Shown in pieces: positions 51,430-63,015 of a DNA stretch of 64,000 nucleotides. The notes under the pieces are model-generated. The model ran no database searches and was not told the origin of the DNA. It saw only the letters and a program-made list of their open reading frames with translations. Numbering within the stretch: the first letter of the stretch is position 1; each line of letters opens with the position of its first letter. Source of the DNA: Chiloscyllium plagiosum (lineage: Eukaryota); NCBI RefSeq assembly GCF_004010195.1, contig NC_057755.1:5749474-5813473 (forward strand). The letters run 5' to 3'. A program made the position numbers and the translations under genes.

Positions 51430-52978
51430 GAGAAAAACAAAATAATGGAAAAATCCCTACGGCCTGATCAGGTACACCCTAGAACGCTGTGGGAATATAT
51501 AGAAATGATTGTTGAGCCTTTTGCTGAGATATTTGCATCATCAATGGTCACAGGGGAGCAGCCAAAAAACTGGAGGTTGGCTACCATGGTGCCACTGTTT
51601 AAGAACACAAGCCAAGGGAGTATAGACCAATGAACATGACTTCGGCGGTGGGCAGGTTACTAGCGGGAATCCTGAGGGACAGGATGCACATCTATTTGCA
51701 AAGATAAGGGCTGATTACGTATATTCAACATGGTTTGTGCGTGGAAAATCATGTCACACAAACTTGATTGAGTTTTTTGAAAAAGTAACAAAAAGGACTG
51801 ATGAGGGCAGAGCGATAGATGTGATCAATCGGGACTTCATAAAGGCTTTCAACAAAGTTCACCATGGGAGACTTATTAGGAAGGTTAGATCTCATGGAAT
51901 ACAGGGGGAACTAGTCATTTGGATACAGAATTGGCTCAAAGGTAGAAGAGAGAGAGTGGTGGCGGAGGGCTATATTTCAGACTGGAGGCCTGTGACCAGT
52001 GGAGTGCCACAAGGATTGGTGATGACTCCACTACTTTTCATCATTTTTGTAAATGAATTAGATGTGAGCATAAGATGTATAGTTAGTAAGTTTGCAGAAT
52101 TGGTGGTGTATGTTACTTCAGATTGCAACAGGATCTTGATCAAATCGGCCAATGGCCTGATAGGTGACGGATGGAGTATAATTTAGATAAATGTGAGATG
52201 CTGCACTGTGGGAAAGCAATTCTAAGCAGGACTTATACACTGAATGGTAACGTCAACGGGAGTGTTGTTGAACCAAGAGACACTGCAGTACAGATTCACA
52301 GTTCCTTGAAAGTGGAGTCACAGGCAGATAGAAGAGTGAAGAAGGCTTTTGATATGCTTCCTTTACTGGTCAGAGTATTGAGTACAGGATTTGGGAGGAC
52401 ATGCTGCGCCTGTACAGTACATTGGTACGTCACTGTTGGAATATTCCGTGCAATTCTGGTCTCCTTCCTATCGGAATGATGCTGTGAAACTTGGAAGGGT
52501 TCAGAAATGATTTACAGGGATTTTGCCTGGTTTGGAGGATGTGAGCTATTGGGAGAGGTTGAAAAGGCGATGGATGTTTTTCCCTTGAGAGTCGGAGGCT
52601 GACGGGTGACCTAATAAAGGTTTATGAAGTCATGAAGGGCATAGATAGGATAAATAGAGGAAGTATTTCTCCTGTGGTCGGTGGTTATTCAAAAGTAGAG
52701 GGTATAGGTTTACGATGAGAGCAGAAAAGTATAACAGAGATCTAAACGGCAACATTTCAATGCAAAGGGTGGTAGACGTATGGAATGAGGTGCCAAATGA
52801 AGTGGTGGAGGCGGGTGCAATTGCAAAATTTAAAAGGCATCTTCATGAGTATGTAAAGTGGAAGGGTCTGGGCTGAGTGCCGACAGGTGAGACTAGATTG
52901 GGTTGGGATGTCTGGTCGGTTAAGTTGGACCAAATGGTCTGTTTTCCTTTTGTACATTTCTGTGATTCTATGGCTCTT
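51430..52978 (+). mobile_element. CR1 LINE, 5'-truncated and decayed
   Basis: KSCHTNLIEFFE, DFIKAFNKVHH, VTSGVPQG, SKFA (ORFs 51412..52479); tail at ~52960-52978. Absent from the paralogous flank near 63600. Confidence 0.92.
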
Positions 52979-53154
52979 ATTGAACAAACTAGTGAATGCC
53001 AGAACTGATCAGCATGTCACATAATCGGACAAAGTTTAAATTCTTGGAGAAATGAAATGTTTATACTCACTTACAAGCATATCAGCCACAGCAAATGTCA
53101 AGTAATAGAGCATCTGGAAATGCTACAAAGGAAAAATTCCTCTTGCATTAAGAA

Positions 53155-53340
53155 GGTGCCCGTCAGGGTTTTGGTGAGCTGTTGGTTTGGAGATTCGGAT
53201 TCCAGCAATCGGATTCCAGCAGCGTGGGTTCAACTCCCATCTCTGTTTACCGTGAAGGGCTATCCTTGTCAACCGTTTCCTACATCTGAGTTCTGGTGGC
53301 CTTCGGTTTGAAACGTCACCAATCGCTTCTGATTCATAAA
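53155..53340 (+). mobile_element. Decayed SINE-like insertion
   Basis: B-box-like gggttcaactccc; absent from the two paralogous flanks (~115 and ~63790). Confidence 0.45.
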
Positions 53341-54923
53341 ACAACAGCTCCTATTATCTATTCAGACTATTGCGACAAAACATTGTGTCCTGTCATTGCA
53401 CAAGTAATCTTTCTGTTCTAAGACTCAACGATATGACTATTCTATGATCGAGGCCACTTATTTTTTGCATGGACTCGAGTAGAGCCATTTTCGTTTTCTC
53501 TGAAGTACACGTGCCACAGGCAACTGTCAATAATTGTTTCCATTAATACAGCCAGTTAAGTCACAGAATCATCAAGTGGATAGAAATCTGAATGAGGGTA
53601 TTCGGCCAATCCTCCTTTTTTATTGTACATGTTCATCTTAATATTGACAATAACAATACAACCTTTTGGGACCAGTCTTCAACATGCCACAATGCTAACC
53701 TATAAGGGAAATATAAGTAAGAGTGAATACGAAAATGTAACTTCATTGAAATGATAGAGAAGTTTGCGTTTTCTAATTAATACACTGTATTTAATTCCTT
53801 TGTTTCAAAAAATATACTTTATTAATCAAAGTATCTTTATACACTAAATCACTTAATAAGTTCAGTTCTGTATAGTAGCATATGCAGAAGTGGATAATAA
53901 TTGCAGTTTGACTCAATCCAAAAAAAGAAACCAAAGGTATTTCTTACTTGTACAACAGATGTGCATGCATATATTTATATTCGAAGTAAATTCCATTTTG
54001 TATTTAGTTGTACAGTGAAATATTCTTGATTGTTAAATGCTCTTGGAATTTCAGGTACTTTTATCTTGAACATTTGCTGAAAATTGTATGAATTATGAGA
54101 ACTCATGTAATTTACATTCTCATAAAGTGATCTTAACATTCATTCCAAACAAAGAGGTGCAAGATGATATATCTTTATTTGATTCACAACGATTTGCCAG
54201 TCTAATGATGGCAGGGTGAACTACTGACCAATCAGGGCAATGCAGTTCAGGATGATTATGCCAGACGGACAAGTATTTTTTTTCCTGTTGCCTAAACAAT
54301 GCTTTTGGACGAAAGGATTGAAAGGTCGACCGAGTATCAGAATAACGGGAGGAAATTGCGATAACTGCAAATGAATGCTTTCGGTATAATTGCTATATCT
54401 GAGCAGGATGACGTTCAGCGAGATCTGAGGATGGGATGGAAGGACCTCACAGAGTGCTGAATTTGTGATTTATTGATGATAAATCGTTGTATTTGCTGAT
54501 GGCTGAACTTATATCACTTCTAACATAGAATTGGAAAGATGTTCAGTGTATAAAAAAACCCAATGCAGACACAGTAAAAATGCACTTGAAATTATTTCTA
54601 ATCAATGAATTCACAAACATTCTTATAATTTGAGATGTTTCGAATCTATTTATGAATGACACATTTATTCGATGTTCATTTGACAAGGTGAGAATTGAAC
54701 TTGTGCAGGAGTAAACATTACCAATGTTTATCGACCTCATCACAAATAACATCTATTGTATTCCAACTTTGTAGTGTCTATTCGCAATACTGTCACAACT
54801 TTGACCATAGTTACTGCAAACTCATAATTTGGTCAAACATTAAACCATCATATAGGAATTGTAAACACTGTAACACAGGCGAATGCACTCTCAGATGTGC
54901 ACATCATTCATTCATTGTATAAA

Positions 54924-55795
54924 TTATGAAACCAGAGATTTCAAAGCGTTCTTGATTTTCTCTCTGAACTTGGACTGAGCTGCTGCATAAATAAATGTGT
55001 TTGTGCAGCAACTAAAATTCCGAAACATGAATCCGAAATCTTGAAATATCAACTCGGACTCTGTGTAAAATGTTCCTTTAAAAGTGTAACGTAAGAAGTT
55101 TATGATAAACATCAACCACAAAAATATAAAACTTCCAGATATGGCGAAAAGTAAAATGACGGATTTCCTCCTGCTTTCCATCTCTGGGTCACTATTTTTC
55201 TCTCCATTACTGTGGGTTTTCAGTTCCTTACGAACTCGGCTAGATGCTAAAATGTGTCTTACAGTCAAAGTGTTGATCAACAGAATTAGAGCAAAGGGGA
55301 GCAGTGGAGTTAAAGCTTTAGCAAAGCATTCATAGCTCACCCATCCAGAATCAGAATAAAAGTTCGGTTTTACATAACAAAACCATGGTACATTGTCCAC
55401 TATCTTCACAGGCTCATAAATAAAGTAGATGGGAGTGCTTTTCAAACAGAGCAGAATGCAAGTTGTTGAAAGCATGACAGCTGCAGTTTTCTCTTTGCAA
55501 AATCGTGTTCTGAGATTAGGACAACAAACAGCTACAAATCGATCAAAAGAGAAAGCGATGGTGAACCAGACAGAACAATCTATGACTGCATCACACAAAG
55601 CATCATGAGCACTACACGCAGGAGTGATGTCCAGGAAAAACACTGGAGCTTCATAATAATAAATAACCTTTTTCAATATGACTTCAAAGATAATGACCAG
55701 GAGATCTGCGATTGCCATAGCCACAAGGTAGCGAGTAGTGCACTTTGAGACGCCACAATTTCCACGAGAGAATATCATAATTGCCAGCAAGTTAC
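54924..55795 (-). CDS. GPR139-like GPCR gene B, coding exon 2; spliced product 312 aa, intact
   Basis: Pyrimidine-rich ...cacag acceptor at 55796; G|GT AAC gives GNLLAIMIFSRGNCGVSKC, then ORF 54924..55790 with AMAIADLL, FSFDRFVAVC, PLLPF, FIFLW, SCCTNTFIY, QSKFREKI. Confidence 0.92.
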
Positions 55796-57929
55796 CTGTG
55801 TGAGAAAGAAAGGAAAAAGGTGTTGGAATTTAATCAGCGAACATCTATATCGGACGCAATCAGTATGGAATGATGGTGCACTGATTGTGGGAAGGGAACA
55901 TCAATCACAGTATTTCTGTTACTGTAGAACATGAAACTTCAAAGCTGAACGTAAAGTGATTTCACGCTGATGGATGGGTTTGTTTGAATTCTTGAACAGA
56001 TGAGCCTTCTCTGGATCGTTGCCGGACTGAGAGGAGAGAAAATTCACGCTTATACATGAGTCACAGTTCATCTTTCTGAGGTAGAGACACTTTTTGTTCT
56101 GGATGATCCTGATCTTTTTTTTCCCATTTTAACCTGAATGTCTTCCAGTGACGTAGCAGAATAAATCTTTCAGTCAGATATCAACTAATGAATACCACTG
56201 TTCACAGCATTAGTTTGCATTCAGAGTTCACTTGTCTTTCCAACATAATTCAAAATCATTTGCTTTCATTGAGTGGCTGGCTTCTGAAATTCAATTCTTC
56301 AAATGAGAGAGAGTTATTTAGATGACTGCCACAGGATTTAATCACGTGTTTAAAACTGTACACTGAATCAATGTCTGTATGATGTCACAAACTCACAGTA
56401 GGAGTAGGCCATTAGAGATTGAGATATGATCGTAGCTAATCGAGTCATCACACGTTCCATCCCACCCATAACAACTTTTCATCCATTTATATTCGAGAAC
56501 CTGTCCAACTCTGCTTCAATCTCTCTGCTTTAAGTGACTTTGCACAAATGAAGTGCAATAGACTCATGAACCTTGGTAGGTAAATTACTTATTCTCAACT
56601 CTGTGTTCTATGTGTTGCCTCTTATACCGAACCAGATAGACGGAGGTCTTGAAGCTCACACAAGAAGAAAACTCCTTGCTTTCAAACCATCTATTCCAAC
56701 TATTATTTCCATTCATCATTATTCCCAGATTCCGAAAACACTGTAATAGAACCTTAGGAATCTGGAAAAGAAAACTCTCTGTCGGGGTGCAAAGACAATA
56801 TTTTAACCCATAATAAAAGCACCGATCAAACCTGATTTCCCCACCATTACCATGCCCAGACGTGTGTCCATTCTCGTTTTTTCTCTTTCCCTGGGAATCT
56901 TCAATGTGCAGTTGACCTGGCTCCAGCTCTATTCCCAAAATAAATTTCAATCTCACTGGCATTCTGAATTGAACTCAGATTGGAGAGTTGTTTTCCATTC
57001 AGTTAAATACTGTTCTACCTACCTGCCTCTCGTTGTCTGTTTGGCGCCTGGTCCAATGTAGTTATGATTGGGCCATTGCAAAATGTGAAGCTGTCACGTG
57101 CCTAAAGTTGCACAGACGTGCAGCAGTAACAATCGCTGATTTTCAGATTGCAAGAATCGAAGACCAGCCTGTGGTGAATATTGACAATTTGCACTGCAAT
57201 GCTAACACAGGAGTGCTGGAATATGCTGGTATTCCAACACTGGAAATAGGTTCTCTTGAAGACACTTGAGCAGAAGGTCAATTACTGCATTAATAAATGT
57301 GTTGCAAGCAACAGCTCTTGTTGATGATGACATTTCGTACTGCTGACGAAAACGTCTGTATTATGAAACGGTATTGGGATTGAGAACGGGTATCGTTCAC
57401 AGTCGAATTGAATGTAAGGGTGATCCCGAAGGCCAGAACGCTTCTTCTGCTTCCTTTAGTTTTGCTACCAACATATTGACAATACTGAATGTAATAAAAC
57501 ATTCGTGATTCTAAATCGATTTCCAATGTAACAATTACCCCGCTGGAAATAAAAACGTAAGCAATATGACACAATCTATTAGGTTGTCATTTGCTCCTAT
57601 TTGGTAACCTGATCAAGACTCCCATTCCATTTTATACGTTTTTTAAAACTGAAATTCAACAGCATGTTGTCCTTTGATATCTTCCATACATAATTTTCAA
57701 CGTGGGATCACTCCCAAAACTCTTCCACGAGATATTGCTGAATGAAAGGCTGCTCCATCCTCAGTTACACTGACGTTTAGGAAAACAAAGAACTTCAGCT
57801 ACTTGAAATCTGACAATGGGACAAATATTGTTGGAGAAACTCAGGATGTCTACCACCATGCATGGAAAGTAATAAAAAAAAGTTAAACTGGTTGGGAAAC
57901 TAATCCAGTTCAGATGAATGGCGCGGTCT

Positions 57930-58330
57930 ATTCTCCCTATCGATGGTTCATAATTTTATATACCTCTATCAGGGCTCTCATTAGACTCTGACGCTGTCAG
58001 GGAAACAATCTAAAGTTTTTAATCTGTCCTTTTAGCTCATGCACACCTATCCAGGCAATATCTTGGCAAACATCGTTTGAACGCTGCAGAAGTGCTCATG
58101 TGGTGACCAGAACTGTGCACAAAACTCAAATTGTCACTTCATTAAAGTTCTTTACGCTTGCAACATGATATTTCAACTTTTATACTCAATACCTGACTGA
58201 TGAAGTCAGGAATGATAAACACTTTCTTTATGAACCTAAATTCCTGCATTACCACTCTCATGAGCAACTCGTGAAAAAAAAAATGACATTGCATGAAAAA
58301 GTGAAAGTGCACTCCGGATGCACTCAGAAT
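57930..58330 (-). mobile_element. Decayed CR1 fragment in the gene B intron
   Basis: ggtgaccagaactgtgcacaaaactcaa is the reverse complement of LEFCAQFWSP-type sequence. Confidence 0.6.
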
Positions 58331-59169
58331 GTACTTACGTGTTTTTTTTTTCCCATTCATGAGATGAGGACTTCGCTAGCAATGTCAGCCTTTGTTGTCA
58401 AAATGGCAGTTAAGTGTCAACCACATTGCCATGTGGCTGGATTATCTGTAGGCCAGAAGGATGATAGTTTCTTTCCCTGAGTTTTTTCCAACAACTAAAT
58501 CATGGTCATCATGCATTCCAGATATTCAGTTGAATTCAAATTCCACTATCTGCCATGTAGAGACTGGAAACCACTGCATGGCCGAGGTTTCTTGATTAAC
58601 AGTCCAGTGATAATATCACTCGGCCATCGCCTCCCCTGACTAAATGCACTGCATGTTTGTTATTTGTGTCGAGTAAGCAGATGGACTTAGGAATATTACA
58701 GAAAGGAAACTGGCAAGCTTTTTTCATGATAGAGATGTCCCTGTATATGGGACATATCGATTAATCATGGTACAACTGCAGTTCATCTCTGTGAACCTTG
58801 AAAACCTTCTGGAAACCATTAACATAAATGCATCATAATTTATCTAATCAACAAATGTTTCAGTGAGAAAGGAATCTGAAGACGAGTTTCAACTAGTGAG
58901 TATTCCTTTGTAAATTGAATATAATGTTTTGTGACTGACTCGTGCCTCATGTAACGAACCGGTTTCGATGAGATCCACGTGAAGCTCTGAAATGACTGGA
59001 TGTTGCATTAATGGAAACATTTATGTTTTCTCATTTGTGTCTGTGACTCGAGCATCTGGGTCATGAAGAATAGGGAAGAATCTGACAGCAACGTCTAATT
59101 ATTCAGAGCATAAGAGTTCCTGATGCGTTAGAATTCCAAACAGTATCTTAGATGATGGACAACATATTT

Positions 59170-59392
59170 GCTCTGATGGACCGCCCTTTGGCTTTAGCCA
59201 AGGAGTGGCAGATGGAGTTTGACTTAGCTAAATGTGTCGTTTTGCATTTTAGGAATGCACATTTGTGCAGGCTTCAGGGGAATATTACCAAACAAAGAGA
59301 GCTTAGGACGCCGATTCGCAGTTCCTTGAAGGTGGAGTCACAGGTAGATCGTGTAGTGAAGGAGGCATTTGGTAAACTCGCACTGTTTGGTA
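59170..59392 (+). mobile_element. CR1 fragment in the gene B intron
   Basis: AKEWQMEFDLAKCVVLHF..SLKVESQVDRVVKEAFG (ORF 59152..59469). Confidence 0.8.
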
Positions 59393-60207
59393 CTGTCAGT
59401 ACTCTTATGCAATTTCTATGTAAGACTTCTACAAGGTCACTGGACAGAAAAATCTTGAGCATTTTCTAACAGATTCATAACTTAGACAATGGATACAATG
59501 TTTGGAAAGCTTGTGTCAGGCCGATGCTGCTTGCAAAGCATGTATGTACTTGCACCGTAACTCATTGCCTAATGTCTTTGCAATATCCATTATCAGTCTC
59601 TTTTTTTCTTGATATCCCATGGATGGAAATGAAGTAAAAGGGCCGGAGGTTTTCATAGGTCAGTGCAAGCCACTAGTCCAGATGAAAAACCACTGTTTAT
59701 CTTCAGCAATTGCATAAGGGAAGACAAATAAAAAAGAAAAATCCAGCACATAATATGAAAAGGCTGACTCAAATGTATGCTATTTTATATTGGAAACACC
59801 TCATTAATTCCAGTGAGAATCAAACCTTAGTAAAGTTCTACGTAAATTGGTATTCGCAATAACGTAACCGCATGCTGATAACTGTTCACAACAACATTTC
59901 GTACTTTGCACAAATATAAATGAATAGATATTTCCAATAGTTTTCCTCAGAATGTCTACATTTTTGATATCCATTTCAGCACTGGACAGCATTAACTGAA
60001 AGGAAGTAAATCGTTGACAGAAAGCATTTGAAAAACATGCAGTGATGAAACATCACCTGAAGAGATAGAGTAAAATTACAGAGATAAATCAACTGATTTG
60101 ATCCAGCAACTGAATGCCTGAAACAAGATCTGTGCAGTTGTGATCAGCACATAACCTTATCAAGCACTGTGGAACATTTATAAATCTTCGCTATTACACT
60201 TACTTAC

Positions 60208-60274
60208 CAAGCAAACCAATTATAGCAAGGACCATATAGTAGGATTTCTTTAAATCGTACATTTGAAACGCCAT
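60208..60274 (-). CDS. GPR139-like GPCR gene B, coding exon 1
   Basis: Minus-strand ATG at 60274: MAFQMYDLKKSYYMVLAIIGLL plus 1 nt (G), then donor gtaagt. Same YY..LA.IG pattern and phase as gene A exon 1. Confidence 0.88.
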
Positions 60275-60357
60275 TTATACGTTAATATGCGTTGCTTTGT
60301 GCTGCTATTAATCCATTTGTAGTTAATTCTGTGACGAGAAAAGTCCAGTTTAATTCA

Positions 60358-60363
60358 TTTATA
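60358..60363 (-). promoter_or_regulatory. Possible TATA box of gene B
   Basis: TATAAA on the minus strand ~85 nt upstream of ATG 60274; position only, in AT-rich DNA. Confidence 0.25.
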
Positions 60364-60929
60364 CCTTGTGATATTTCCATCGCAATGTTGTGCTTAACAC
60401 AATTTCTAGCCAACCGTAAACCCCAGGATGTTTGCATTGATGAAATCTGAAAGATTAATTCGCTTTTGTTTTTTAGGCGAGTGAGCTCATGCCAGAGTCA
60501 TGTTTTCCGATGGAAATAAAATTAAACTGATTATGACACTGTTTGAGATTGCATTTCATTGATGTGAAGCATTGGGCTGAGACACAGCTGCACAACTCTC
60601 AGAAAGTGAACACAGAGCATTGAAATTTCACAGCAACACTGTTGTCCACCCAGCATCACAGACGTGAAAAGATTTCTGATTGAATCTGCTATGCCCTTCA
60701 TTGACAGTCAGTTGATACACTGTCACAGTGTATGTTTTCTAGTGGGCAGAGTTATAACTCTGGGAATGCGTTAACGTAGATAGTGCCAGTTAATTAGTAG
60801 AAGAACTGTTCACAACCTTCAGCGAAAACACACTACGAAAGTTAGAAGGGAAGCCACTTGAAAAACGAAGACGCTTATAATGTTTGACATGACTTGGAGA
60901 TTCCATCGATGGACTGGGATGTACCAAGT

Positions 60930-61952
60930 GAAAAATCACACAGCGCTAGATTACAATACAAAAGATTTATTTAGAAGCATTAGCTTTCACGCTGCTTCTT
61001 CAACACGTGGTTGTGGGGTATAAGATCGTAAGACACAGAATTTATACGAAAAGTTTACAATGTGATGTAACTGACATTATATATTGAAAAAGACCTGGAT
61101 TGTTTAAATCTCTCATCTGTTAGAATGAGCATGTTGGTTTCAGTTCTGTCACATGTAAATCGCAGATTTTTTTTGAAGTTTCATTCTCAAGTGAACTTTA
61201 CCAGTCCGTTTCATGTTGGCCTCGTTAATGCAATTAAGGTGTGGCGTGCCCTATGTGAGACTGTATGTGCCACAATGTTCAGACTAATTCCAATCTGAAA
61301 GAAAACAGATTTACAGAATCTTACATCGTTTCATGCAGTTTTTGAGCAAAATAAAATATAATTCTGCAAGGACAAATTCACCCCACAAACATATATGTGT
61401 GTGTATGAGCGTGTGTATGAGCGTAAAGGGTGCCTTGTGAGAGGGTGCGTTTGTGCATGTGATTAATCAAGTGCATGTGTGCGCGTATGTGGGAGAGATT
61501 GTACATGGGAGAAGGTTTGTGTGAATGTATGGGTCTGCAGGAGTGTGTTTGTTTCTGTAGGAGTGAGTATGTGGAGCAGTGCCTGGGTGTATGTTTATGT
61601 ACGCGTCTGTCTGTGTGTGGCTATCGATCTGTGTGTGTGTGCGAGTGTTTGTCTGTGTGTATCTGTGTGTGTATATAGTGCAGTGGGGACACCTGTCGTG
61701 TGACATGAACACAAATTCCAGGTTGAGACAACCCCATGGGTACCGAAGTTGGCTATCAGCCTCTGCTCAGCCACTTTGCATTGTTGCCAGTCCAGAAGTC
61801 CGACTTGGAGAATGGTCACCCGAAGGCCCGAGATAAAAGGCCCGGGACCACTGAAATGTTCAACGACTGTAAGGGAACACTCCTGTCTGTTGATTGTTGC
61901 GTGGTGTCCATTCATCTGTTTCTGCAGCCTTTGCTTGTTCTCGGCAATGTAC
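60930..61952 (-). mobile_element. Penelope-like element 3' fragment (GIY-YIG C-terminus and 3' UTR with CA microsatellite)
   Basis: YIAENKQRLQKQMNGHHATINRQECSLTVVEHFSGPG..AEQRLIANFGT (ORF 61595..61960). Confidence 0.85.
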
Positions 61953-62029
61953 GGGTTCATATCACACTACAAGTGACCTCAGTGCACTACACACAGGCAC
62001 AGACATGAATGTGCGAATGCGTGCGCGCG

Positions 62030-62060
<31 letters not shown>

Positions 62061-62650
62061 CACACAGATGCATACACACAGGCAGACGCACAGACACACA
62101 CAAACACTCCGACGCACACACACACACACCTGCACGCACGGTTCGCCAGACACAAACATGCCTGTACACCCATACACTCACGCAGACCTGTCTCATTCAG
62201 AAACTCTCGCTCATACGTTCACACATACGTTCCCACACTCACATGCACATGCACACCCTCTAACAGATTGATACCCTTTTACACTCACACTCACGAACAT
62301 ACACACGCTCACTCACAGCTAGACTGAACGCATTCCGCCCCACACACGCGCGTGCACATACACACACACACACACACACAGATGTTCCAGGCAAAAATTG
62401 TACTTGCAGATTTAGATTTTATTTTGCTCAAAAACTACATGAATCCATGCAAGTTTCTGTAAAGTCATCTTTTGAGATTGGAATCAGTCTGAACCTTGTG
62501 GTACAGACAGTGTCACAAAGGGCACCTCGCACATTAAATGCATTACCTGGCCCGACTTGATACCAATTGTTAAAGTTGACACAAGGAAGTAAAATTGAAA
62601 TAGTTCTGTGATTTATATATGAAAGAACTGTTACCAACATGTTCATTCTA
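61953..62650 (+). mobile_element. Inverted second copy of the same Penelope-like 3' region
   Basis: Reverse complement of ~61120-61712 (attttattttgctcaaaaact.catgaa; gattggaat.agtctgaac). Confidence 0.8.
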
Positions 62651-62654
62651 AAAT

Positions 62655-63015
62655 GTAAAAACAATGACTGCAAATGCTGGAAACCAGATTGTGGATTAGT
62701 GGTGCTGGAAGAGCACACCAGTTCAGGCATCATCCGAGGAGCAGTAAAATCGACGTTTCGGGCAAAAGCCCTTCATCAGGAATAGAGGCAGAGAGCCTGA
62801 AGGGTAGAGAGATAAGTGAGAGGAGGGTGGGGTGGGGAGAAAGTAGCATAGAGTACAATAGGTGAATGGGGGAGGGAATGAAGTTGATAGGTCGGGGATG
62901 AGGGTGGAGTGGATAGATGGAAAACAAGATAGGCAGGTAGGACAAGTCATGGGGACAATACTGAGCTGGAAGTTTGGAACTGGATGAGGTGGGTGAAGGT
63001 TTACATGAGGAAACT
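62655..63015 (-). mobile_element. 3' end of a second Penelope-like family carrying a hammerhead motif
   Basis: Minus-strand pyrimidine-rich UTR ending ...cctgatgaagggcttttgcccgaaacgtcgattttactgctcctcggatg...; decayed relatives near 3165-3240, 40550-40680 and 57805-57915. Confidence 0.65.
62747..62784 (-). ncRNA. Minimal type I hammerhead ribozyme-like motif
   Basis: Minus strand reads CUGAUGA-a-GGGC-uuuu-GCCC-GAAA-CG-UC: intact core boxes, 4-bp stem II, palindromic ACGU in place of stem III; stem I is weak. Confidence 0.6.

Noticed and set aside
61467..62271. His/Thr-rich and Cys/Val-rich ORFs
   Set aside because: Translations of CA/TG microsatellites; only the GIY-YIG part is meaningful.
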